From the IMG/VR virus record IMGVR_UViG_3300020122_000466, positions 1-50,093 of that record: DNA of 50,093 nt; one strand, written 5' to 3'. Each line of letters begins with the position of its first letter. Position 1 is the first letter of the stretch. Position numbers and translations under genes: made by a program. The notes under the pieces were generated by a model. That model saw only the letters and a program-made list of their open reading frames with translations, was not told the origin of the DNA and did not search any database. The stretch is from a virus. Taxonomy: Duplodnaviria; Caudoviricetes. Below are positions 28,855 through 37,870 of this stretch, piece by piece.

Positions 28855-30148
28855 AAGCCTTCATGTTATCCCAACTGGAGCCCACCTTAATCTCCACTGG
28901 GAACTTCACGAACCGCTGCCCTAGCCATACCGCGCGTTCCATGATCTCCTTCACCTCAGCAGCGAGCGCTGGTAAGCGCTCGGTGGGCGCATGCCCAAGA
29001 AACGCATCATGAATCTGAATGGAGAGGTGACGGAAGATGGACTCAGGGAAGCGGAGGAGGTTGAAACTCATGATGTCCGCTGCTGTACCTGAATTGATGG
29101 TGGCCAGACCCTCTTTATGTGGCTCACTTCCAAGAAGTACACGGACCCGTCCGAAAGCGTTACGTACAAACACTGGAACTCGTTGGGCACGGGCCTGATC
29201 CATGCTTGCCCCCACGCTAATTTGCCACGCCGCGATCTCTGGGTAGACTTGGAAGAGTTTACTTTGGAGTTCTTCGATGAGCGCTTGCTCAAGGTAGATC
29301 CCTTTGCGACTGAGCGCGATTTGGATGGCAACCTTTCCTCCCCCGTATAGAGATGCGAATACAAAGTTCTTAGCAAGGGTCCGGTTAACACCTTGGGTGT
29401 TGAAGAGGGCCTTCTCATTCTCCGCGTGGATATCCGCGCCTTCTTCTAAGCGCTCGATGAGCCTGCGCACATTCGCTAGGTAAGCTAGAGTACGTAACTC
29501 TAACATATGATAATCCCACTCGATTAACTGTTCACCTTCTGGAGCTACGAACACCTCCCGCAAGTGATGCTCCACACCAGTGTTATCCACAATAGGAAAG
29601 GTCTCATCCTTCTTCGCAATGTTCTGAAGGTTAGTGCCATGCCCCGCTTGATTACACACCTGGCACCAGCCTAGTTTGGCGCTGGAATACCGGCCAGTCT
29701 CTGTCCCAGTTGAACGGAGAGCAGTCCGCAGGCGCCCATCCTTGCAAGGGATCATACTCGTTAGGTTTGCGCGGGTCTTCTCCACCTTCTTCCGTTTGAT
29801 CAGCAGTGGCAGGAATGGGAACCGTGGATCACTGGGGCGCACCTCATTGAAGTGGTGGTGGATGCGCCTGAGCACATCGAGGTCAGTGACAAACTCCCCC
29901 CCTGGAGTTTTCTTCTCCAGAGGGACACCGAGCGCTCGTAGATCCCGGCTGAGCTGCTTACCACTGCCCGCGTCCATGATGCCCGCAGCGGTCAGCTCCA
30001 TGTCCAAGTCTGCGAGCATCTGGGCGCTCCACTGAATGAGCTGCAGCCTGCGCGCGTTATCCATGGGTAAGCCTTGGAGGCCCAAGCGCTGCACCCTTGG
30101 CAGCAGTGCTAGGCCCATGCGGTGGATGTAGGCGACTCCTAAGCTCAT
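28844..30148 (-). CDS. polA: Family A DNA polymerase, polymerase domain only
   Basis: TETGRYSS, NLQNI, motif A DYHMLELR, motif B RTLAKNFVFASLYG, motif C QIHDA; start set to ATG 30148 by TAATG coupling. Confidence 0.9.
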   Translation of the reverse strand: MSLGVAYIHRMGLALLPRVQRLGLQGLPMDNARRLQLIQWSAQMLADLDMELTAAGIMDAGSGKQLSRDLRALGVPLEKKTPGGEFVTDLDVLRRIHHHFNEVRPSDPRFPFLPLLIKRKKVEKTRANLTSMIPCKDGRLRTALRSTGTETGRYSSAKLGWCQVCNQAGHGTNLQNIAKKDETFPIVDNTGVEHHLREVFVAPEGEQLIEWDYHMLELRTLAYLANVRRLIERLEEGADIHAENEKALFNTQGVNRTLAKNFVFASLYGGGKVAIQIALSRKGIYLEQALIEELQSKLFQVYPEIAAWQISVGASMDQARAQRVPVFVRNAFGRVRVLLGSEPHKEGLATINSGTAADIMSFNLLRFPESIFRHLSIQIHDAFLGHAPTERLPALAAEVKEIMERAVWLGQRFVKFPVEIKVGSSWDNMKAYAA

Positions 30149-30282
30149 TACCACACGAGATGCCAATGCCGTGGGCAATAAGCCCATCCCACTTGCGCAC
30201 ATTGACAAGGGGGATCAGGGGCGAACCAGAGCCAATAAATCCAGCGCCAGAGCGCGGCGGCGATGGTGGCGGGGGTGGTCAT
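30148..30282 (-). CDS. 44-aa Trp/Cys-rich protein (not in ORF track)
   Basis: MTTPATIAAALWRWIYWLWFAPDPPCQCAQVGWAYCPRHWHLVW; coupled ATGA upstream and TAATG downstream. Confidence 0.55.
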   Translation of the reverse strand: MTTPATIAAALWRWIYWLWFAPDPPCQCAQVGWAYCPRHWHLVW

Positions 30283-30491
30283 CGTGGCTTCCACTCAAAA
30301 TCGTGATGCGACGGGGAAGGGTCCACCTTCGCGCACTCCCCAATCGCCTTCGTGAACTTCGTCTCGCAGTCCGCAAAGTACTGCTGACCAAGCGCATAGT
30401 CGGGGATGCCCGGATGGAGGCAACCTTGATGGTCGTCGATGGCGCCTCGGAGACACACGAACAACATCACGGCGGCGAGATCGCTGCTCAT
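30279..30491 (-). CDS. Hypothetical protein
   Basis: 70 aa, GGAGGAG RBS. Confidence 0.5.
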   Translation of the reverse strand: MSSDLAAVMLFVCLRGAIDDHQGCLHPGIPDYALGQQYFADCETKFTKAIGECAKVDPSPSHHDFEWKPR

Positions 30492-30567
30492 TTCGTCTCC
30501 TCCTGCGCGTCCGTCCGCCGCTTCTGCCCGGCTTCAATCAAGTTCGCGATCTTCCGCAGATTGGTGA

Positions 30568-30948
30568 TCATCTCGTCGGTGGTCGTAGGGCGGCGTCGAG
30601 GGCGGTGGCGGCTCCTTTCGCGGCCCATCCCGGTTCACAAGGTGGGTCGTAATCACCACAGTGCTGATCATGCAGCTTCCGGGCCTGATCCCGCTCCCTT
30701 CGCAGCCGCGCCACCTCGGCCCGTACTTCTCGCAAGGTAGTGGCGTCGTTGGTCAGCGCTTCAATCAACCCTTGCGCACCCGCGACCATTTGTTCCGGTG
30801 TTGCGTGCGGCCCGAGGCTCAGCGCCTCACCAATCGCAATGAGCGCGTCCCGCAGGGCGGTGACGAGCCCCGCGCGACCGTCCGAACCATCTTCTAAGAG
30901 TTGCGTTATGAAGCGTGTGGCCTGCGCGATCAGGTCGTCAGGCGCCAT
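30568..30948 (-). CDS. Hypothetical protein
   Basis: Start ATG 30948 after GGAGGAGG; coiled-coil C-terminus. Confidence 0.55.
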   Translation of the reverse strand: MAPDDLIAQATRFITQLLEDGSDGRAGLVTALRDALIAIGEALSLGPHATPEQMVAGAQGLIEALTNDATTLREVRAEVARLRRERDQARKLHDQHCGDYDPPCEPGWAAKGAATALDAALRPPTR

Positions 30949-31180
30949 CGGGTGCCTCCTCCACTCTCCGTCGTGCAGCTTTCCGCCGCTGCTTGCGTGC
31001 GCTCGCCACATCCTGACACCGCCGCGTACAGTAAATGCGTAGACGATTCGTGGTCATAAACCACGCCTTGCAGACCGCGCAGGACTTCCGCCCCTCAACG
31101 GTGATACCGAGCGTCGCTTCAATGCGCTCGATGCGTGCCTCCAGCGTGGTGAGCGTGGTTGCCTTCGTTGCCCACGTCAT
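30938..31180 (-). CDS. Small zinc-binding protein
   Basis: CAVCKAWF...YCTRRC. Confidence 0.6.
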   Translation of the reverse strand: MTWATKATTLTTLEARIERIEATLGITVEGRKSCAVCKAWFMTTNRLRIYCTRRCQDVASARKQRRKAARRRVEEAPDGA

Positions 31181-31482
31181 TCCCGGTCCTCCGGCGACGG
31201 GGGGAAGGTCCGATCAAGCAAGCACGCGAGTCGTTCCTGTTCTTGTCGTGATAAGCCGTACCCACCCCTGACGCGCGTCTGCAAAATACGATCTTCAGCG
31301 GAGAGCTGTGGCGCCTGTGCGACCAGGGCGATTAGCTCGAAGATCGTGCGCGACGCCAAGTCCTCATTGTACGCCGCGAGCATTTCCGCCGTCGCCTTCG
31401 CCCGGCGCAGCACCGCCGCGTGCTCAGGGCTCACCCCACCACGCTTAGGTTGGAAACAATGCTCACAAAACTCCTTACTCAT
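31177..31482 (-). CDS. Hypothetical protein
   Basis: 101 aa, ATGA-type coupling. Confidence 0.55.
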   Translation of the reverse strand: MSKEFCEHCFQPKRGGVSPEHAAVLRRAKATAEMLAAYNEDLASRTIFELIALVAQAPQLSAEDRILQTRVRGGYGLSRQEQERLACLLDRTFPPSPEDRE

Positions 31483-32165
31483 GGCACCACCACAAACTGA
31501 AAACTCACCTTCACAGGCCCAAACGCACTCGCCAGCGCCCTCCCTTGCTGATCATTGACCAGCCGCCCCAGCTTATGTGCAGTCAGGGTCTCTACTCGCG
31601 TGATCACCGGGATCCCCGTCGCGCCAGCCCTCATCTGCAGCTCATGCACCAGCGCATCCTCTGGGGTCTGATACCACAGATGGTTCAACACGGTGGCGAT
31701 CTCAGTGAGCTGATACTTGCTCACCCCATAATCCGGTTGATCCGCGCGCTTACTCTCACAATCGAGGGTGAGACACACATTCTGCTGCAAATACCATTGT
31801 AGCTCATTCACATCTGGCCCTTCATTGTTGGCCCAAATTTGGGCGATGGGCGCGCTATCCATAGGCTGAAAGAGGACCATGCTCGCATGCACTCCGCTGA
31901 GCCAGGGGAGCACACTGGTGGGGCCCACCCCCTCGCTGATCGCCAAGGTGAGCAAGCCCTTCACTCGTTTCCCACTCTCAAAGGTCAGGGTGCATTCAGG
32001 GGGCAGACCTAGGCGGGTGCAGAGCGCATTCTGCCGATCCGGGATGGTATTCCCTCCCCCATGTGCGGTGGTCACGAGCACCAAAGGGAGGAGGGCCAGC
32101 AACCAGTACACCCAGCGAGGGATGCGCACACTGTTCATCATCACGACGGTGCCGAGGGAGCCCAT
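31479..32165 (-). CDS. Exported protein with signal peptide
   Basis: Start ATG 32165 after AGGAGG; WVYWLLALLPLVLVTTAHG; paired Cys. The longer start at 32306 runs through a strong hairpin region. Confidence 0.6.
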   Translation of the reverse strand: MGSLGTVVMMNSVRIPRWVYWLLALLPLVLVTTAHGGGNTIPDRQNALCTRLGLPPECTLTFESGKRVKGLLTLAISEGVGPTSVLPWLSGVHASMVLFQPMDSAPIAQIWANNEGPDVNELQWYLQQNVCLTLDCESKRADQPDYGVSKYQLTEIATVLNHLWYQTPEDALVHELQMRAGATGIPVITRVETLTAHKLGRLVNDQQGRALASAFGPVKVSFQFVVVP

Positions 32166-32302
32166 AGGACCCTCCTGTTGAGGGAAGTTGACACCCACCC
32201 CTGCCTTTGCCGTGGACAAGGGTGGGTGCCTTCCTTCCTCGTTCAGCTCCCGATTGTCAAAGAGCGTGGGAGGAGCCCCGGGTGAAGGGGGGCCAAGGGT
32301 GT

Positions 32303-33100
32303 TCATGCCATCAACCTCTCAAGTGAGAGCGCCGCGCCTGCCTGCGCAAAGCAGTCTCGGAGGCAATAAATGCGCAAGCGCTCATCCGCCATCTCCTGCA
32401 AGTTCTCAAACTTCACGAGGTCATCGGCCTCTTCCTCGGTCCCTTCCGTTTGATGCACTTCCTCCTTATAAGCAGGAAGGTCTGTATCCATACTTGCTTG
32501 GTGGGCCAGCGAGTGTGGTAGCTCTGGACAGACGCAATGGTGAGCGACCATCGTGTCGATCTCAAGGCCCTTAGGTTTAATTCCCCATGCACGCCGGGTG
32601 AGAGCGTAATGTGTTTCATCCCATCCTTCATCGCTAAAACCTCCATCAAATCCCACCCAATTCTGGCCCACCTTCTTCCATGAAGGGTCCTCTAGAAACT
32701 CGCGGATGAGCCCAAGAACCTGGCGTTCCTCACCAGCGGGCCAGTATGGGTGCCCCCCACGACACCGAAAGGGGATACACAACCCTTGGGCATCGAGCCA
32801 ACTGTCAACAGGCCACATGCCCATACACCAAATCTCCCCCGCAAAGGTGGCCTCAAAGTCCACACTCATGCGCTGCCCATGCATGAACCCCATAAAGGTG
32901 GCCACTTCCTCTAGGGTGGGATAGAGACTGGCCTTGGGATACCCAGCACCAGTGCGCTCACACTTGGGGATCAAGGTGGGCCCTTCCTTCTGAATCCTCA
33001 CGAGCTTCTTGAGATCCCTGAGCACACAGATTTGCATCTTTTGGGAGCGCAGGAGGGCAGCCGGGTGGATCGTTGGTACTACGTATGCAGGGTATTTCAT
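32303..33100 (-). CDS. 3'-5' exonuclease (DEDDy) preceded by the C-terminal fragment of a family 4 uracil-DNA glycosylase
   Basis: VVPTIHPAALLR (UDG motif B) at residues 7-18; ExoI VDFE, ExoII GQN..FD, DTM..H..PELPHSL, ExoIII YCLRD. Confidence 0.85.
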   Translation of the reverse strand: MKYPAYVVPTIHPAALLRSQKMQICVLRDLKKLVRIQKEGPTLIPKCERTGAGYPKASLYPTLEEVATFMGFMHGQRMSVDFEATFAGEIWCMGMWPVDSWLDAQGLCIPFRCRGGHPYWPAGEERQVLGLIREFLEDPSWKKVGQNWVGFDGGFSDEGWDETHYALTRRAWGIKPKGLEIDTMVAHHCVCPELPHSLAHQASMDTDLPAYKEEVHQTEGTEEEADDLVKFENLQEMADERLRIYCLRDCFAQAGAALSLERLMA

Positions 33101-33163
33101 GGAGTCTTCACTGGAGTGGGAATAGTCTCCACTACCTGTGTGAGTACTTCATTGACATTCCCT

Positions 33164-33550
33164 CTACGGTGTAAGAGCTTGAACCGTAACACCTGTTGGC
33201 GGAGTCGGGATTGCTGGATTAAGAAAGGTTACCGCATTGGATGCGGCACCTCCTTGTCCTAGGGAGTTGATGGCCACCAACGTGACCCCGTAGGTGGTGC
33301 CTGGTGTGAGGGTTGAGGGGTAGGGTTGGGTGGAGCAGCGCTTGGTACCACTCACCACACTCCCTGCGAGCACATCGGCATAGAGGAGCACCGCTGGACC
33401 ACTGGGCGGGGTCGCGTCAGCGCGGATGGTGGCCGCGCTGGGATCAACGCTCCCATTATCATAACAAATCTTTAGACTCGCGGCGTGCGCGGGTGACCAG
33501 CTCACCATCAGTGAGATCAATAGGATCCACAGGAATGTCCACCACCGCAT
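33164..33550 (-). CDS. Exported fibronectin type III-like protein
   Basis: Signal peptide ending PAHA; LTPGTTYGVTLVAINSLG..SNAV..PTPPTGVTV. Confidence 0.65.
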   Translation of the reverse strand: MRWWTFLWILLISLMVSWSPAHAASLKICYDNGSVDPSAATIRADATPPSGPAVLLYADVLAGSVVSGTKRCSTQPYPSTLTPGTTYGVTLVAINSLGQGGAASNAVTFLNPAIPTPPTGVTVQALTP

Positions 33551-34268
33551 GTTCCTTCTCCCTTCGTTTGGCTAACTTTCGGATGCCGATGCGCTGCCAT
33601 CCCATAATCTTCCGCAACCGCCGCTCAAACTCCTTCCACCATGGTTCATCAAAGGGCACATCCTTCATTGTCCATGGTTTGAGTCCCCGTAGGGCGATCT
33701 TGGCGACGGCATCGAATCCATAGAGAGGTAAATCATCCACATCGATGAGCTGGGGGCGCCCCCTGTATAAGCCAATCTTGTCGTGCCCGGTGAGCAGCTC
33801 CAGCGCCACGCCTCCCTGTGGCCCGATAGCGCGATTGGAATTCCGCTTAAACAACTCTTTAAGCAAATTGACCGCACTGTCATGACAACACGCGAGGGCC
33901 TTTCTGCCAATCGGCGAGTTGGCCTTGTTCTTCGGGGGCTGACACATGGCCGCATTCATAATGAACGCATTGATCGACTTGACACGGGCATACTTGAGCC
34001 CTGGTTGCATGGTCACCAAGCCCGCTTTCGCTAACAACTCTCTCTTCCACATTTCACCTGAGCGCCCCACAAAGGGTTCCCCATAAGGCTGGCGATGCTC
34101 ATTGTACTCGGTCTCATCCTTCCCAGGCATCTCCCCGATGAGGATGAGGGGGGCGTCGAGGGGCCCAGCACACCCAACCTTTCGCTTATGATTCAACGGG
34201 CACAGCGCACATTGCGAACCGTGCTCTAGTCGCCACTGGACTAGATCCCCCTCGAAGGGCGCGCTCAC
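33459..34268 (-). CDS. Family 4-like uracil-DNA glycosylase, N-terminal part
   Basis: CALCPL, IGEMPG, PFVGRSG, NAAMCQP, ACC, GGVA, IGLYRG; lacks the HP motif. Confidence 0.85.
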   Translation of the reverse strand: MSAPFEGDLVQWRLEHGSQCALCPLNHKRKVGCAGPLDAPLILIGEMPGKDETEYNEHRQPYGEPFVGRSGEMWKRELLAKAGLVTMQPGLKYARVKSINAFIMNAAMCQPPKNKANSPIGRKALACCHDSAVNLLKELFKRNSNRAIGPQGGVALELLTGHDKIGLYRGRPQLIDVDDLPLYGFDAVAKIALRGLKPWTMKDVPFDEPWWKEFERRLRKIMGWQRIGIRKLAKRREKEHAVVDIPVDPIDLTDGELVTRARRESKDLL

Positions 34269-34828
34269 TGGCCTTTAGGAATCCACGCCGTAATAGCTTG
34301 CTTATCGTTAAACTGGGTCTTCTCCCCAGTGGCTTTGTTGACCCCTGACCCACCCTTCTCCACACCCACTTCAGCGCTGAATTGCATCCCAGCCATGGAG
34401 CGCGCTTTGCTGATCAAGTCCTCCAGAGCGGTCTGCTTGCTGACGATCACATTCTGGTAGAAGTTCTCCGCAACGTCGCTGCCATGCACCGCCACCGCCA
34501 AGCCCGCGAGGAAGGGCATGGCCATCGACTTATACGCGCTCTGTTTCTTCCCCTCACCAATCCTCGGATCAGCATAGGTGATGATAGGAAACTCGCGCCC
34601 ATCGTTCTCCCCACCAATGACCCCAAAGATCGAGGTGATGAACACCCCCTTCGCATCCTGCGCCCCATTCCCCTTGGGTTCATTGGTGAGCTTCATGCTC
34701 ACCAGTTGCAGCTTCTCTCGCTTGGGGCGTGCCTGGTTCATCAACGGCAGCCGAACTTGGATATCCTTGAGCGACCCAATCTCACTAAGGTCATCTTCTC
34801 CGACATAGACCTGATCAGCCATCGACAT
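34265..34828 (-). CDS. Putative ssDNA-binding protein (DUF669-like)
   Basis: AGGAGG RBS; GENDGREF..GMQFSAEVGVEK..; sits in the nuclease-ATPase-SSB cluster. Confidence 0.5.
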   Translation of the reverse strand: MSMADQVYVGEDDLSEIGSLKDIQVRLPLMNQARPKREKLQLVSMKLTNEPKGNGAQDAKGVFITSIFGVIGGENDGREFPIITYADPRIGEGKKQSAYKSMAMPFLAGLAVAVHGSDVAENFYQNVIVSKQTALEDLISKARSMAGMQFSAEVGVEKGGSGVNKATGEKTQFNDKQAITAWIPKGQ

Positions 34829-35150
34829 TCTCCTCCTGAGTTGTGTCAGCACCGTTGATGGGCTGAGCAGGTTTGGCCTTCCCTACTTTGCGCTTCTTGA
34901 CCACCTTGGTGCCCTCACTGGCGGCCTTCCGGCCAGGTTTGCGGGGCATCACCCCATGATCTTGGGCGAGGCCAATGATGCCCTCCGCGAACTTCACCAT
35001 CTTCTGAATATACTCAAATGAATCACTCATCCACTTATCTCCTTTACCATATGGTAGTTCACATAACTCTTCGAAATAGTTATCCAATGACCTTTGTATC
35101 CACCGTGTTAGGAGTCGTCTTGACCTCGCTCGTTGTATTCTTGGGTGCAT
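34815..35150 (-). CDS. Basic hypothetical protein
   Basis: 111 aa, Lys-rich tail; start uncertain. Confidence 0.45.
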   Translation of the reverse strand: MHPRIQRARSRRLLTRWIQRSLDNYFEELCELPYGKGDKWMSDSFEYIQKMVKFAEGIIGLAQDHGVMPRKPGRKAASEGTKVVKKRKVGKAKPAQPINGADTTQEENVDG

Positions 35151-36018
35151 AGATACCTAACTTGTTCAGCAACCGATCCCCATCAGCGGGTTCCACATCC
35201 TTCAGCTTCTTCCCAAACCGGTGCTTGGCACGGTAAGGACTACTAGAGCTAGCCAGTTTAGGATCATTGCTAGTAAGCCATACAAAGTCTCCACTGGGTG
35301 ACCTTTCACAGTGAAAACAAGCATCAAACCAAGAAGGGATGTGACCAGGCAGTTTGCGGCCAACAGCGTCAGGCCCAGCTCCTGTTTTGATATTTGTGTC
35401 CTTCTCATCATAGGCTTGTCCTTCCAAGAATGACCAAATGAGCACAAACGGGAGTGATTTGGTCACATCCAGCGCGGCCTTAAAGCGCAGATACATCATC
35501 CCATAGTCACTCATCTCCAGGGTGCGCCCCGCAAACCCGGTGATATCGGGGACAAGGGTGAGCAGCCGGTTGCGCTTTCCATTGTCGTCACTCCCCATAA
35601 TGGACTCAGCATTGGGGGTGGTGAACGCCACCTCCAGCATCCTGCTCAGCTCAGTCCCCCCATCGACAAACAGGGTGGTGTACCCCTCTCCGATCAACTT
35701 TTGCAAGTTCGCCTTGATCCAGCGCACTTGATCGCACATATCGGCCCAACTACGCACAGTTATCAATCGCACTTGATCAGGGGTGAGGCACTCATGGATG
35801 CCCGCCAGGTGGAGCAAGGGGGTGGCACCACCAGCCCCCTCTTCAGGGCCACTCTCAATGTTGAGATAGAGCAGCTTGCCACGAGCACCCCCAGCGAAAC
35901 TGGCGCCATTGGTGGACTTCCCGGAGCCACTGGGGCCATAGAGCGCGATGGACAAGCGCTCACCTTTAAGGGCGGAGAGCTGCTGGCCACCAATCACACT
36001 ACCCATCGCTAGGCTCAT
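35080..36018 (-). CDS. AAA_24/Sak4-like ATPase (recombination)
   Basis: LYGPSGSGKST, YLNIE, TLFVDG, DYG, PSWFD, AKHR motifs. Confidence 0.82.
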   Translation of the reverse strand: MSLAMGSVIGGQQLSALKGERLSIALYGPSGSGKSTNGASFAGGARGKLLYLNIESGPEEGAGGATPLLHLAGIHECLTPDQVRLITVRSWADMCDQVRWIKANLQKLIGEGYTTLFVDGGTELSRMLEVAFTTPNAESIMGSDDNGKRNRLLTLVPDITGFAGRTLEMSDYGMMYLRFKAALDVTKSLPFVLIWSFLEGQAYDEKDTNIKTGAGPDAVGRKLPGHIPSWFDACFHCERSPSGDFVWLTSNDPKLASSSSPYRAKHRFGKKLKDVEPADGDRLLNKLGIYAPKNTTSEVKTTPNTVDTKVIG

Positions 36019-36193
36019 CCGCAGGAAATAGCGTTAGGATCAATGTCTTCTCCCCCTTCAAGACCACCCAATGATTCAGTTTCACCGAAATGCTGCCGTT
36101 AGGATTGATCCACGCGCATCCTACTTCTGCTTTCGCATCCGTCGCGGTGTCCATCGCTTTCAAGCGGTAATCAGGCTTACGACTGGCAGCCAT
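35999..36193 (-). CDS. Small conserved phage protein
   Basis: VGCAW...GSISVKL pattern. Confidence 0.55.
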   Translation of the reverse strand: MAASRKPDYRLKAMDTATDAKAEVGCAWINPNGSISVKLNHWVVLKGEKTLILTLFPADEPSDG

Positions 36194-36195
36194 AC

Positions 36196-36456
36196 TTAGA
36201 GATACTTCCTCAACGCCCGCGCATTCTCTTTGATCACCGTCATGGCCTTGGTGATCTCCGCATGCGCTTTCACCGTCAGGCCCGCGAGGTGCAGATCCTT
36301 GATGATGCGCTGCACGACCTGCTCACCCGTTTCCACCACCTTCACCTTTCGGCGACGTTTCCGGCGTAGTGATCGAGGCCGTTTTGGGCGCTTGGGTGCC
36401 AACTTGGGCTTATTCTTCTTGTGCACGGTGATAGGCATATCCTTCACTTTCTCCAT
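36196..36456 (-). CDS. Very basic small protein
   Basis: Lys/Arg-rich; start uncertain. Confidence 0.5.
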   Translation of the reverse strand: MEKVKDMPITVHKKNKPKLAPKRPKRPRSLRRKRRRKVKVVETGEQVVQRIIKDLHLAGLTVKAHAEITKAMTVIKENARALRKYL

Positions 36457-37474
36457 TGGGCGCTATCAAGTTGGGGTGAAGGTGGGGCTCCTCACACAGC
36501 CTGTAAAAGGGGCACTGTTCCCCAAACTTCGCACAATTGCTAGTGTTCTGGTGCCACCATTCTTTGGGCTTGTCCCACCGTGCGCTGAGATCAGCGCGCA
36601 GGCTGCACAAGCGCTCGTAGTAATCCAGCAATTGCTCCGTGTTGGTGGGCCTGCTCTCTCGGTGGAGCGACTTGGGGCTCAGCGTTCCTAACCTGATAAG
36701 GTTGTATTCGATCTCATCAGCCTTTTCCCATGTAATCTGCTTATCATCTCCACGAATATCAAGGATATAGTCCGTAATCCCCAGCCCCTCAGCGATCACT
36801 TCCGCTTGTGCTGCTCCACGAGAATGCCCTTGCCACACCCCACAGATGGGGGCGAGATTCCACCCAAACACATACCCAAGGTGCTGATCACTGCGCAGCA
36901 AATCTCGCACATAGTAGGTCAAGCTGGAGGCTTTGGTGGCTTTGTGGTCTTGCACCGTGAGGCCCACACTATCAAGCCTATCGAGAGCGAGAGGATCATT
37001 GCGTTTAAACACACGATCAATGCGACCTGTGACCAGTCTAAGGTGCTCAGCAATAGGGCCATAAGGGGTCTCCGCTGGCAGCTTATAGCTAAAGCTGACT
37101 TCGACTGCGATGGTGCGCTCCACCCCCGCTTCCAGGCGGGCTAGCTGGCCCTCGGCCCAGACGGGGAGCACTTGGCGGGCCAGTTTCACGCGCTCCTCTA
37201 GATAAGGATCATCAAGCGCCCACTCCACTTCTTGTTCATCAAGGAAGTTGTTGAAGGCGACGACCGCCTCACCCATACAACTATCTTTGGGCGCCCCGAG
37301 GAGCTGACATTCATAGAGTGATTGGGCGTAGATGTGGACCGCTTCCCCTACCACTAGGGCAGGGCTCAGCCCTTGAGCCGTAGGCTCAAGGCGCTGCACA
37401 TGCGCATGAAACCCCTTGCGCATGCACTGGGTGAAGTCCCCATTCCAATGGCCACCTTGCCCACTACTCGGCAT
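36410..37474 (-). CDS. PD-(D/E)XK nuclease (Cas4/RecB-like)
   Basis: N-terminal QCMRK, GEAVH, AVE, GRIDRV, QDHKAT, QH..Y and C-terminal C..C.FY.LC; start ATG 37474 preferred. Confidence 0.85.
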   Translation of the reverse strand: MPSSGQGGHWNGDFTQCMRKGFHAHVQRLEPTAQGLSPALVVGEAVHIYAQSLYECQLLGAPKDSCMGEAVVAFNNFLDEQEVEWALDDPYLEERVKLARQVLPVWAEGQLARLEAGVERTIAVEVSFSYKLPAETPYGPIAEHLRLVTGRIDRVFKRNDPLALDRLDSVGLTVQDHKATKASSLTYYVRDLLRSDQHLGYVFGWNLAPICGVWQGHSRGAAQAEVIAEGLGITDYILDIRGDDKQITWEKADEIEYNLIRLGTLSPKSLHRESRPTNTEQLLDYYERLCSLRADLSARWDKPKEWWHQNTSNCAKFGEQCPFYRLCEEPHLHPNLIAPNGESEGYAYHRAQEE

Positions 37475-37673
37475 CTGGCCCAATCCCTTGTGCTTCGAGC
37501 GCACGCTCAACACAGTCGAGCATACGAATAAGCTCATCATCGTGAAAACAATAACGCTTGGTCACAATGCTTACTTGTTGAAGTGCAACTTGGAGCCAAC
37601 GCTGAAGTCCGAGAAGGGTGAGTGGATCACCAGTCCGAGGAACGCTGATCCATCCAGGCTCATTTACCATCAT
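37464..37673 (-). CDS. Hypothetical protein
   Basis: 69 aa, coupled to neighbours. Confidence 0.5.
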   Translation of the reverse strand: MMVNEPGWISVPRTGDPLTLLGLQRWLQVALQQVSIVTKRYCFHDDELIRMLDCVERALEAQGIGPDAE

Positions 37674-37870
37674 TGCCTCGCAAAGAATCGCAGTTGGAAT
37701 GCCCGTACACAGGCTGCCACGGGACGCGCTCCATCAGAGCTACCGACAAAGCGAACTAACGCTGCCTCTATACAGTCCTCAAGAGTCGGGAGTTCATTCG
37801 ATTCATTATTAAATAGATACTCCACCACCTCATGCACTGCATGAGTGTAGCGCTCATCATTACTTGGCAT
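37670..37870 (-). CDS. Hypothetical protein
   Basis: 66 aa, coupled to neighbours. Confidence 0.5.
   Translation of the reverse strand: MPSNDERYTHAVHEVVEYLFNNESNELPTLEDCIEAALVRFVGSSDGARPVAACVRAFQLRFFARQ

Noticed and set aside
30149-33458. Group I/II introns or inteins explaining the polymerase split
   Set aside because: No intein termini or homing endonuclease recognised, and the intervals are filled with ordinary coupled genes. Not formally excluded without a covariance-model scan.
36410-37474. Cas4 as part of a CRISPR system
   Set aside because: Context is the usual phage nuclease-ATPase-SSB recombination cluster; no array or cas1.
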